From NCBI RefSeq assembly GCF_009914755.1, contig NC_060927.1: 64,000 nt of DNA. One strand, 5' to 3'. This stretch comes from the human T2T-CHM13v2.0 reference genome, Homo sapiens. Positions 14,068-28,158 of this stretch are shown piece by piece (the stretch's first letter is position 1; each line of letters starts with the position of its first letter). The notes beneath the pieces were generated by a model. That model saw only the letters and a program-made list of their open reading frames with translations, was not told where the DNA came from and ran no database searches. Position numbers and translations under genes: made by a program.

Positions 14068-15083
14068 TTAGTATATATTGAAATATATATTTCACTTTTA
14101 TAGTTATAATTCATATGGTAATACAATTTGAAAATAGGCTTTGGGTTGAATTGTTGTGTTTTTTGTATTGCTATATTGGCCCCAGAGGAGTACCTCTATA
14201 ATTCAAAGGAAAAGTGTCAAATATTGGGGACAAGTGCCACAAAACAGAAATCTACATCATCCTAGAAACTGTTGGGTGACTTCCAGTGGATATATGGAAT
14301 GTGACATGAGAGAACATTTTAAATAATTCAGTTCTTGTCATTTACATTTTAGGTATTATAATTTGTGATAGCCTTACTGTAATGTTAATTCTATAGTAAA
14401 TTAGTTGATTTTAAATTCCTTTCAGTATTTTCCTTCTGTTAAGCTTAATATTTCATTTGTTTATAATTTAGTTTAAACGTAAGGTTGCATTGTTCTGAAT
14501 CATAAAGTTTTGCCCCTTATACATACAGGTAGTGTATTCTGTAGTCTACAGGAAGAATGATAAAGCAATGGTTACCCTTCACTTCATTAATCGTGTTTAT
14601 TCAAGTTTGCATTCTATCTACAGCACACGTTGTGGCTACAACAAATTGCCTAAGCATTTACATTTCGCAAACATGCTGACGAAATTTTTATTACCTACGT
14701 GCCCCTGTGCTGTGACTAGGCAAATGACATTCAGCCATACATCACAAACTGTTATACTGAATCAGAAACATTTCTGATTCAGAAGTCTCAAGGGTTTTAT
14801 ATATTTGTGTTTAAAGAGATGAGATGAATACATTATCTTTTTTCCATCTCTATGCAATTCTGGCCAATGCTAAAATGTAGTAACTAATTATGTGTTAGCC
14901 AATGTTTTTGACAGTGCAATAATGATTCTTATTTGTCTTTGGCTAAGACAAAGCAAAAATTGTATCAGATATCCTGACCCTTTCTATGTGGCAGATATAT
15001 GAAAGAAAAGCCAATAAGCAAAACACACACAAAAAGACACAAGGTGATGATGATGGTTTAATTGCACAAAATCCTAGCAAATA

Positions 15084-15474
<391 letters not shown>

Positions 15475-15797
15475 TTATCTTGCATATGGATGTCTTCATG
15501 ATTCTAAACAAATAATTGAAAAGTTAAAAAGTTCAATAAAATACGGCACTGTGGCGGTATGTATAACTCACCAAACCTATGACTCTCTCTTTAAAGTAGG
15601 GTCAGTGTATAGATTTTGCACATGGGGGTGTGTGCATGCGTGTGTGTGTGAACATATGGTGCAACATAATCATTTCTAAGTTTAAGCAGGTCTGACTTTG
15701 ACAAAGTTACTTAATCATTTAATCTGCATAGGCACCAGTCGTCTCAGTACTACCTGAGTTCTCAAAATTCTCCACTTTTTAAAAATAATAAAAATTC

Positions 15798-16114
<317 letters not shown>

Positions 16115-16756
16115 TATATAATTCATTATACCATCTTTGTATATTCTCCTGGAATATTTGTATAGAATTTTTGTATATAAAGAGATAATTCAGTCTTCAG
16201 CGTTTCATTTTAATTTTTTTTTCACCAGAGTCACAAAGTGCTATTAAGAAAAAAAGGCCTTTTATTTAAAGCATTATAGAATTTCATGGAATATAAAATT
16301 GGTCTATGGGGTCTAGATGAAGATTTTGTTATATAAAGGCGAGCTTTTCCCAGTGAAATAGCTCCTGAAAGTTTAGAAATTATTCCTTTTTTTAAGTCAA
16401 ATTGCACTTGCATGAACTATCAATGTATAAAGACGCTTTGCTCCTATTTATACAGTTTGGGGAATAATTAATTTGAATGAGATTTTCTTGAGTGTTAAAT
16501 AGTTTTAAGCTACAGAATGGAAGCATGACCTCAAGACCCGATTGCACAAGGTCTTTTTCTGACGTAGTATTTTCCTTGAAATATAAGGTTTTTTTTTTTC
16601 TGAGTTTTATTTCCTTCTTAGCATATAAAGTAGTACTAAAACAAGCTCCTTACTCTCAACATTGAATGTTTATATCAAAACATTGACTTAAACATCATGT
16701 TTACATTAAAGTAAATGTGGAAAACAGACAATCAGTTCTTAAAATTCTCGTATTTC

Positions 16757-16935
16757 ACAAGAATATTACAGGGTTAAGGAAACTTTAGACATCAAATAAT
16801 CTAGATTTCTTATTCCACAGATAACAGAAAGAGATGAGAAAATGAATAAAAGCCGATGCCCATGGTCTCTCAGTGAGGTAGTAGTGACGTTGACAATACA
16901 CCTTTTTTTTAACTTAGCCCAATGATCTTACTAGT
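16757..16935 (-). mobile_element. MIRc/MIR3-like fragment
   Basis: AAGGAAACTTTAGACATCA..CCACAGATAA..TGCCCATGGTCTCTCAG resembles antisense MIR. Confidence 0.45.
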
Positions 16936-19900
16936 ACATCAGTCTGCCTCACTTTCAATGCAAATTGGTTCCTATGGATTAATTTTCAAATGAATACTTG
17001 CCAAATGGATGGCAGGTAGAGGGCTTGGGATGTCAGAGCAAGGTTAGGAAACAGGTAAACAGAACAAGACTGCAAAGTTGTTCCTATCAAAATAAATGAG
17101 CTGCTTTCCTGATTCCTATGGGAAGAACTGTTTCGATGAAACCGAAACATCAAATCAGTGAAGAAAAAACTATCAACTAAAGACGAACCCTTGCATATTT
17201 GGACAGCGTTACTTAAGGAACATGGTAAAAGATCCGGAGTGATTTTTTTTTAATTATCACATATGTTATGGTCTAATTTACTTATCCAATAAATACATTT
17301 CAACAAATAACTGAAATAATATATCAGCATATCTACTTGCTGGAACCTAGGGGAAAGTTTATTTATTTCCATCTACTATGTTATTGCATATAAATATGTA
17401 CATATACACATAAATACGCATACATGAGTTTCAATCTCATTTACAGAAAATGGTTTTGAACAATTCATTTAAGTCTACCATTCAGGATATCTACTAAATT
17501 GGAACTTTGACAGTACAGCATAAATAATAAATAAATAAAACATGAATATAATAAATGCAATAAAAAGTACAATATAGAATGAATGCTTCATTTTTACAAG
17601 TTATATTTTCATAAATATATTTTGAAATGAAAAAATATATTTTCATAAATTTTTGTATTTTGCTGCTGTGAAATCTTGTGATTTTCAGAAAAGTATTAGA
17701 GAACTTCTGACTAAAGATTCACTGACATCTTTAAATAAGAAAATCATGTTTTATAAACAAATTACCTTTATCAAAACTTTATAACTTAAATTTTTCTTTA
17801 GATGCTGACCAATTATAAATTAGTTTATTGAAATTTGTCTAACCAGAAAAATATGAAATAAAATAAAAAGACTATGAACTTCAAATTTAAACAGATCTAG
17901 TTTTGAATTCGGCCTAGGCTACTAAGTCAAATTTCTCAATATTGTTAATTATTGGTTAAACATATCAAACTGGAACAGTTTTAAATATTAAATGAGATAA
18001 GATATAAACAGCTAGACTCATTTAATATGATTTTGATGTTTTTGCGTCTTTTCATCATGTTTTCTCTGCCCATAAATCCTGACTTACAAACCAGGTAGAT
18101 AATCAAAAATAAAGTTGAAGCTCATGATTCTAATTTTTCAAAAGTAAATGTTTATATTTTATTCACATCTAGAGAAAAATAGGCTGTAATCTGTTTATTT
18201 ACATTTCACTTATATTTAAAAATAAACCTTAAATATGGGATAATTAAAAGACCAGGAAGTCTCTTTCGGAAAGAATGGGAATGAATCTATATTTTAAGAA
18301 TTGTTTTTAATTTGGCAGCATGTAGGGAAATTCAATGGACAAAAGCTAATTTATATAATACTGAGATTACTTATCACATTAATAATAATTGTTTTAGGAA
18401 AAGGAATATATTTAAATGACCTTTTCGTAACCATTCATAGTTTCTATTTTTATGACTGCTTCAGAGAACATTCCATGTTGACCCTCCCCGGAAGTAATAG
18501 TACTGCAGATGAACACCCACAGCTGTTTTGTTTTATATGTTGCCTAGCACACCTCACGTTTTCCCTTAAGATATTGGGATTGCAGACCCATCATATACTT
18601 CCTCAGGTTCATCAACTCATTGTCTTATTCCTCTTTAAAACCCTCAGAATGTCTAACACAGACATTCACATCATAGGCTCTTAGTAATTTATTAGTTAGT
18701 GAGTGAATGGATTATCCATTTGGTGTTTGCTATTCTGTGCATAAGGCAGATGCCTTTAAAATGACATTTTATTTAAATTATTACCTAACAGTGTTATTCC
18801 AAGATTTTTTAAAATTCATTTGGTATTTAGGAGCACAATAACAGTGGTCAGCAATTTTAGCTATTATCGTGAAGTGTCATTTCACCAGGGATTCATCCTG
18901 TGAAATGGATGATATGGAAGCATTTATTTAGAAGAGTTTTAAAGTACTTAGGCGCAGTCCAAAGCACTCAATTTCTAAGCTAAATGCTTCACTAGTTCAC
19001 TCTCGGGCAAGTCTATATGACTTTGGCTTTAAATTAGAGAGCAATGCTTCCTCACATTCCAGCCTGAAATCATTTACATTCTGTAAGGCTTCTCATGTGC
19101 TTCCGTCGCTCAAATAATATATTGCCTTTTCTAGCATGTGATAGATCCAAACTGCTCCCACAGGTTATTATTTTGTTTGGTTTTCAGAATAGTACTGTGT
19201 TGTTGGGAAAATTTCTTGAAGCCCATTTTATGGATTACAAATCCCAACTCTTGAGGCATTTCGGATTCTTTGCCCAAATTGTCATATCATGGGGAAATGG
19301 TAGAATGAGGATTGGTACCAAAACTTTCATTACCTTGCCAAATGCTTTTGATCTTTCATCTTTGCCTTAAGAGATTAAAACTAATACAACAATAGCAAAA
19401 ATGGAGATTTAAAGAGAAAGTAGAGAAGGAATAGTCTGCCTTGAAGAAACACTTTATAATATCCTCAAAAGCTATATAATTACAATAGTACTGGCTCTGT
19501 GTTTTGTTTTTGTTTTTATTATAATATATCTATTAATTTATTGCATGTTTTCCAATAACTTTAACACACGCTGTTGTATAAGGCAATTAAAACAACAACA
19601 ACAACAAAAAAAAAGAGACAAACAGTTGTTCCAAACCATCAGTCTTTGTTCTTTGAAAGAGCTTTTTGCAAATTCTCTTTCGTTTGGACTCCATAGAAAT
19701 TATCTCCTAGCTCATCCTAAGAGATAATTCTCAGAAGAACTGTCAAGGGCAGTTCCGATTTTGGAAGTTGTCTTGCGGTAGCAGATGTGATTCGCTACAC
19801 AGTGTTCTCTTCTTTAAACAATGACCATTTTGGAAGTGTAATAAAGTGTTTGCCAACAAGTTGCCTAAAAACTATGACAGCAAGGTCCTTAACTATAAGT

Positions 19901-21007
19901 TTATGTAAAGGAAGAATCCCAGCTCATATAGACACATACAAAGGCATGCAGACTTACAAACGCACAGACACACAATCACAGAAAAATATACACACACACA
20001 CTTAAATATGTGTTAGAAGAGTCATTTGGAAACTAAACCTGGGTAAAAATAACTTCTTAAAGTGTACTACTAGTAGTTCACAGATTACAAAAATGCCAAT
20101 ATTATAAAAACTACACAGTCAGCCTTTATTTGTTTACCTGAAATAACTTTATTAGCATATATAAGTAGGTAGTTAAGTTTAAAGAGAAACTATTTCATTC
20201 CATTTTATTTTTTTGTTTGTGTTTTGTGTGTGTATTTCATATATACTTATTATTTCATGTAAGTATATATGTAGTGAAAAATAAATGCATAGTATAATAA
20301 AGTGGATGTTTCTTTGAAAAAAATTTACACTTCTTTAAATTCCTTTAACATTGGTTTCCATATATTAATATTATTTTTGTGTGTTTTTCCTCTGGTGTAT
20401 TAATAGAACTTTTGAAATTAGCATGATTATCAGTGGTTATCGTATTCTTAATTGACAAGAGACCCTCTTTAATTCACATATTTTATGAAGCTCTCATAAA
20501 CATGTATTTTCCTATAGTACATATTAGCATTTTATATCATTATCATATTGATTATATTTATTGTCAATTTTCTGGATTTCTGGAGTAACACAGTCCAGAA
20601 TATTTTCATCCCAAATTTTTTTTGTGTGACATCTTTGTTTAAATAATAATGACAGAATGGAAAATTACTGTACGTGGATTCAAAAATAATGGTGAATGTT
20701 TTATTACATTTTACATCATCACTTACCTAAAAAAAACCTGTTTAATGTGCAAGGTGAAAAGTTAAAGGAATTGTATGAAATAATTAGATTTAAACTATGT
20801 TAAAGAGATTCAAATGATCAAGTAATTTTGGAATATATAAAAACTAATAGTCACAATTTTTGCATAGATTGAGCAGTCTGAAAATCTGGATGATTAGTAT
20901 TTTACTCACTTCACTGCAATATTTTAGGTAGTACAGTCATAAAAATTAAAACTAGAAACGGCAATATTTTACATGGTAAAAACTACCACATGTAGTAAGC
21001 AGTATTA

Positions 21008-21372
<365 letters not shown>

Positions 21373-21732
21373 TTTAAAAAAAATGCAAGCAATATAATTA
21401 ATCCTTCTAGTACGCAGAATCCCACCAAGCAAGCAGACCACAAACTCAAAGAGGATCACTGAGGAAAAAAATGGAGCTGTTGAGAGGCTATGGTCAAGGG
21501 ACTAACAAAAATCGAAAGCTATTACCACTCCTAGGCCTGAAGACATAAAAGAACATCTTTAAAAGAACTTAATCCTCGATATATAAAAACCAGATATAGA
21601 ACCAAAATGCTCACTGTTATTAAAAATTTGGGGATCAAATTACCCATTATGTCAAAATGACACAGTCAATTTTTTTTGCCCACAAACTGAATGCATATTC
21701 AGACATGAAAAAGCTAATCCAATGATGCAAAC

Positions 21733-21912
21733 CCATTAACTCAACAAATATTTGTCAAGTACCCACTATGAACCAACTGAAGTGCTAAAGCATTACATGC
21801 AACTATCGTTGTTGCCTTTAGGGAGCTTAAAGTTGAGAGGGTGATATTAATCAGTAAGCAAACATTAACACACAAAACATAGAATCACAAATTCTGATAT
21901 GTTCTGTAAATG
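21733..21912 (-). mobile_element. L2 3' fragment
   Basis: CTCAACAAATATTTGTCAAGTACCCACTATG..GCCTTTAGGGAGCTTA. Confidence 0.65.
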
Positions 21913-23908
21913 ACAATTTCATGCTGTAGTTGAAATTCTCATGAATCGCTTCATTGATTCAATGCTGCCTTATTTTTGATGGTTGCCTTGGTTGTTGTAA
22001 GTCATTGCAGATAGAAATCTTATGTGTGATAAGGATTCATAGTTGAAACAACTTTGTGGACAAATTAGCTATGCTGTGGTCAGCCCATATCCTACAAATA
22101 TCTGTAACCTTGATAATATCGTAAATTAGTTAATGAAATTCCAGTGTATGCTTCCCAAAAAGGAATTTGTTCAAGAGGATAATCTACCTCATTAAATTAG
22201 TTTAGCTCAAAAAAGAAAAAGCTTAAAAATCAAAGCCACAATAAAACACAAATGCAAAAGTTTTAAAATTCTCTTTGAATTCATAAGTAAAGGATATTTA
22301 AGGAAACATTGCTAAGTAACTCAATACATGTCACTAATTGCACTAATTATTATTTTGTCACATTTATTACCTTCATCTTTCATAGCATGAGTAATTAAGT
22401 GACAAAAACAGGTTTTATATTGTGATCAAACAATATTCTGTTACATCCACCCTACTGATGTCTTCAAAGAAAGTGCTGTCACAGTTTTTCCAGTAAAGAA
22501 CATGTAAGTTGATAAGCAGAAAAATGTCTCAGTTTAAAGAACATAAACCTAAGGCCTGGATGGACTTGATAGCATGGGAAAAATATGCGAAGAAAGACTT
22601 CCAACAGAAACTAATTTAACACAATTCATATTGTCTGTGGCATATGGATGCTCTTTTTTAATATGTCCATTGAAATTCTTACTTAATATCACAGGATCCT
22701 GTAGTTGCAACTGAAGGCTTCACAAAGGGCCTTCTCAGCAGAAGGGCAATTTTATTAATGACTGACTCCTCTTTTAAGTGTTGGACAAAAGCCAGCAGAA
22801 ACGCAAAGCCCACAAGCCTCAAACAATTAGGTGATTGGCTTCGGCATGGGCATGAGAAAGTGTGTATGAGTGTGTTCGTGTGTGTGTGTATTTAAAAGAC
22901 ATAGTGGTCAATCTCCAGGGATATTCTGCTTCATGATGACAAAGAGTAGATAAATTACCCAAAATAACACAAAATATATGAAATGAAAGCTATTACTTCT
23001 ACACATAAAAATAACAAATGACATCACGTGACCTTCTTTCCACATTTGATAGTGAAGAACTTTGAGTCTGAGTCTAACTTTTGATCTATACAGAGGTCAG
23101 AGGTTACCTTTAAATGGGAGTTTTGGATCTGCCTGTCAGTGCATCTGAAGCACACCTCTGCAGATATTGGCTGACTTTGATTATAAGCATTTTGATAACA
23201 AAAAGTCAGAGTTGTCTGGTATCAGCAGACACCATTTTGAACAGTACATTATCTAGACAGTCTGAAGCCAAGTTGAGACAATTGATATCTGAGATTGATA
23301 GTCTATCTGGCAGCCATTCCTAGACAATGTCTGAGCTCTGACCCTGTATCTACTTGAATCACTACAAAGTTAGATTTCCAGACCACACAATACTATAGCC
23401 AGTATTATGTAACACTTGGCTATTAGGTTTCACATGTGAGAAGAAATGGCCATACAAAGAATATTCATGATTTGTGTAGATAATTAGATAAGGGATATTG
23501 AATGATATTCTGTGCAGTCTTAAGCAAGTTTCCAAAATATTCATCAATATTATTTGTTATATGTTATACATTCAACTATCTCAAATTTTTATATAGCATA
23601 CTTTTTCAAAAGTTTAACATATCATCTACTTCTCTTGAACCTTTTCTGATAAGATTTTATTTATTAATTACTCAAATATAAATAAATTTTACTTTGGTTT
23701 CTAATATCAATTTCAGATGACACCCTCTATGAAGTTCAAGTAATATTTAAGTCTATAGGCCTACTTTTTTCAGTGACAGGACAAAGTTGATGCATACAAA
23801 GTAGTATGAAAATGTGGATTCAAAAGTCTTAGATATTAAGTAAAAACAACTATGTGTTTTTTTCTTTTTTTTTTTTTCGAAATACTCCCTTGTTTTTAGA
23901 TCTTTCTA

Positions 23909-24459
<551 letters not shown>

Positions 24460-25159
24460 TTAAAAAGGATTTATTATGAATTTCTTATATTTTAACACTT
24501 GAGTGTTCATATGAAAAAGAGTTAAAATGTTAGTAGTACATATTACCTTTTCTACCCTGCTTTCTCTATACTATCATCATCTCATCTCAGCCTGCACAAA
24601 AAGGGCATCTAGTGATTATGATTTTTACTGAAAATTGATAGTAAATATATTATCAAATCAACCATTATCTTATTTTTAGGACATAGATGAATAATACAAT
24701 TGAGGATTAAGTTATAAATATTGTAAGTTGAAGTGTAATGCAAACTTAGAATTTGTTTGTAATGATTGACACTATAATATTAAAGATTATAATAAAGGCA
24801 AAGGATGACTTCTAAATTTGTTTTTATTTTATGGATAAATGTTTCAAAAAGTCTTGATATTTTTAATTGATTTTGGACACTTTTTTTAGGTGTTCAGATG
24901 TAACACAATTCTTTTTGGCATTTGAAATCCCCCAAATATAATCTCCTAGTACTTTTCTACTCTTATTTTTCACAGTTATGATTAGGTTTTTTGGGCTAAT
25001 TTAAGTTACTCAGGAATACTTTATCATCTCTTTACCTAAAACTCTTACACATTTTTCTTTCCACAATTCAATCTCTGTTTCATGGTCTACATCAACTATT
25101 CCTTTGTTTATGATCTTCCTTTCAGGAAGCAAACGCTTGTTCTTTTGAACTTCTAAAAT

Positions 25160-25340
25160 GCTTTATACCTCTCTTGTGGCACAGATTTTCTGCTTTGTAT
25201 CTTGTGGCCATGCATATAGTTATCTGTCTCTCCTGCTGAATAACGTTATTCTTTGGCAGGGATTTCATGTTTTGTATTCATTTTTCCCAGGAAATGCCTT
25301 ACACCATGCCCTGCACATAACAGGGATATTATAAACTTAC
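25160..25340 (+). mobile_element. L2 3' fragment
   Basis: TCTGTCTCTCCTGCTG..GGCAGGGATT..CCATGCCCTGCACATAACAGG. Confidence 0.5.
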
Positions 25341-26114
25341 GCATTTATTATTTTATGTTATCCCACTCCTCTGCCTGTGGGAAGGATATCTTTGAATAAT
25401 GGAAAGTTCTGGTGTAAAAACAACAATAAGCCTTGGTTCAGTCTGCAACACAGTGATCTAAAAGTTTTATTCATTCACTCAAGAAATATGTATTGATCTC
25501 CTGTGGTTATCTATATACTACCTGAGTTGAAAAGTAGAGAATTAGAAAAGGTCATATTGAACTGCATCTTGCCGTTCTTTTCCAGAATGTAGGTAGGTAA
25601 AGATCAATTTGATTTCTCCTCTCATTGCCTTTCTGCTTCAACTCTAGGACGAGAGGAGTGGTTTGAAAAGTATGTTTCCCATAATCATGTAGGAGCTATT
25701 GAAGAAAAGAGGATTGGGGGCCAAGTGGGAGACAAGCTCTGAGATTCTACACTCTTCCTCTTTAACCAGGGCAACACTAGCCTTTCTTGTTTTATTATTA
25801 GAATACAAAAAGACAAAAAAAAATCAAAGAAACTTTCACTTGAGGAATACAACAAATAAAAGTACATTTTAAAATCACAGTAGAAAGGAACATAGTATTA
25901 AAAGGAAGGCAATCTCTAAAAGGTGAATCATATTGCATGCTTGTACATTGCTTTTGTGATGAATCTCTTCAGTATACAAATGGAAATTCTTTTTGCAATA
26001 CTTCAGACAATTCAAAGAAAATCATATCATTTTACTTATAGAAAATTGAGCTTGATTATATAGTGTTATTGTAGACCAAATAATTTAGGATAGATGCAGG
26101 GTTGAATTTCTTAA

Positions 26115-26550
26115 AAGGTAACCTGGCTTTCAGTTGTTTTCTGGTACAAGAATACCCAAGTAAAAGTCACTTGAACAATAATATTTCTGGTTAGCTCAGT
26201 GGCCCATGTTCTCTGAGATTCTCCCCATCTTTCTCTTACAGGGGCAAGATGGCTGCAGAAGCTCCAGGAATCTTGTCCTCTCATGACATTGTCCAAAACC
26301 AAAAAAAAGGAAAACATTTTCTTCACATTTCTCTCTCCTTTTGACAGGAAGCAAAATGTCCTTAGATGTACTCAGCACAATTTCCCCAGGTGTGGGTATT
26401 TAGGCCAGGCTCTACCCGAATAAGAGACTAGAAATGGGAGTGTGTGGAATTTCTAGCCTCTATCCTGGGTGATAGGCTCTGCCAGTAGTGAGAAGGGAAA
26501 GAAAGGGGACTACGCTGTGTCAAACAGCTACTGATAAATGGTGTGTAGCA
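26115..26550 (-). mobile_element. Old MLT1-family (ERVL-MaLR) solo LTR
   Basis: GCAAGATGGCTGCAGAAGCTCCAGG..TCCTCTCATGACATTGTCC and TTCTAGCCTCTA..GGCTCTGCCAG blocks typical of old MLT1 LTRs; subfamily and strand uncertain. Confidence 0.6.
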
Positions 26551-27763
26551 GAGATGCTTAAAAAGAAAAAAGTTACATTCTTATTAATATCAAATTAGTG
26601 TGACCCTAACCAGATGCTGAAATAAACTATATTTAAGACTATTAGATTCAATAAAACTACACTACTTTTGATTTATGATTTTCCTTCTCTTACTATGTTA
26701 TAATTGCAAATAGTTAATTGTATATCATTTATTTTATTGCTGATTCATTTTCAGTTTATTCCTATTGTATTGCCATTCATGGCTTGCCTTTTGAAGCGAG
26801 ACTAAAAAGCATGTTTGTTGGAACTCTGCATGTATTTTTGATTGTGGATGCCATTCACACATAGTGTGAATTAAGATGCTCTTGTATTTTTCCATTCTTT
26901 GATGCTTGTTTTTATGTCCACCATACATGGCCCTTTGTTACTGCATTGTTTCATCTCTTTATTTCTATTTTGTATCTGCCAGAGTAAAAAAGATTAACAT
27001 ATTTTAAAGAGATTTCTTAATCAAAAGATAAATCACTTTTAGGCTTTACGTGAAGAAACCTTAGATACTGTAAAAAATGTTTTCATCTCTTCTACCTCAG
27101 CTATTCTCCGTCATATCTTGATACCTTAAACTGTACAAAACGAGCTTGTAGAATTACTGTCTGAGAAGTTAGTGTTTGTATGTTTTTAATTTAATGTTCA
27201 TACTAAACTTTATGTTAATCAGTTCAGAATTTTTCAACTAACTCAGATTAGTTGAAAAATCTCTCTAAGAAGGGAGTATTTCTGAATATGATGAAATATG
27301 GGAGGTTCAGAAAAAAAAATGTGTTATCTATTTAATTCGTTACCAAGAAGCATGAACCACTGTGAAGACAGAATCCAACTTTATAAAAAAAAATTTTCAG
27401 CTTACATAAATTAATAATTGATTTTGTACTCAGACACACTTATTGATCTATAATTAAAAGACCTCCAAAAGCTATTTTTAAACTGCCTTCCTTGCATTTC
27501 AAAATGTAACTGAAGTTTTAGAATGCAGGGAAACCTTAAGTTTTTGAAGGAGGTATGAAGGTTATAGGCATACTCTCTAATTATTGGTTTTGTGAGATGC
27601 CTTTAAAGTCTCCATTGTGATATTTTATATTTTGTTTTACCATTGCGATTTCTTCAATGCAAAAAGTATCTTGTTAATAGTACATAGGAAATTGGGTAAA
27701 TTTAGTATAAATCTTAACTACTATGTTTGGAATTATTTTCGTGTGTGGGTGGGTGGGAGATGT

Positions 27764-27764
<1 letters not shown>

Positions 27765-27794
<30 letters not shown>
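27765..27794. repeat. (GT)15 microsatellite
   Basis: Perfect GT run. Confidence 0.97.
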
Positions 27795-27795
<1 letters not shown>

Positions 27796-28074
27796 TGCAT
27801 TCACCAGCCCACCACCATTCCCATTCCCTTGAAAGGTAGGTGAGGAAAGTGTCTAATAGATAATTGCTTTTAATGTATTTGCCCCATGGAAGCTCTCCTC
27901 TAGAGAAAAGTACTAAAGCAGAAGAGATGAAATTGTTCCTTGTTGCAATGAATATTAGCTCTGTCCTTGCTAATTGAGAAAAAGTAAAGTCTGGGAAGGA
28001 ACGAAGAGGGAAAATCTTGTATTATTTTTGCCTGTGAGTTCATTTTCAGTTTTTGTTCTATTATTTTAATTCAC

Positions 28075-28158
28075 AAACTTTATATTTCACAGAAGTTTTC
28101 CATTCACAGCAAAATTCAGTGGAAGGTACAGAGATTTTCCTTATATGCTCTGCCTCCA
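28075..28158 (-). mobile_element. L1MC-like extreme 3' fragment
   Basis: TTCACAGCAAAATTCAGTGGAAGGTACAGAGATTTTCC parallels the start of the element at 3741. Confidence 0.65.

Noticed and set aside
18301-18684. 127-aa ORF
   Set aside because: TTG start, low-complexity AT-rich codons, runs into a probable L2 scrap, no recognisable domain.
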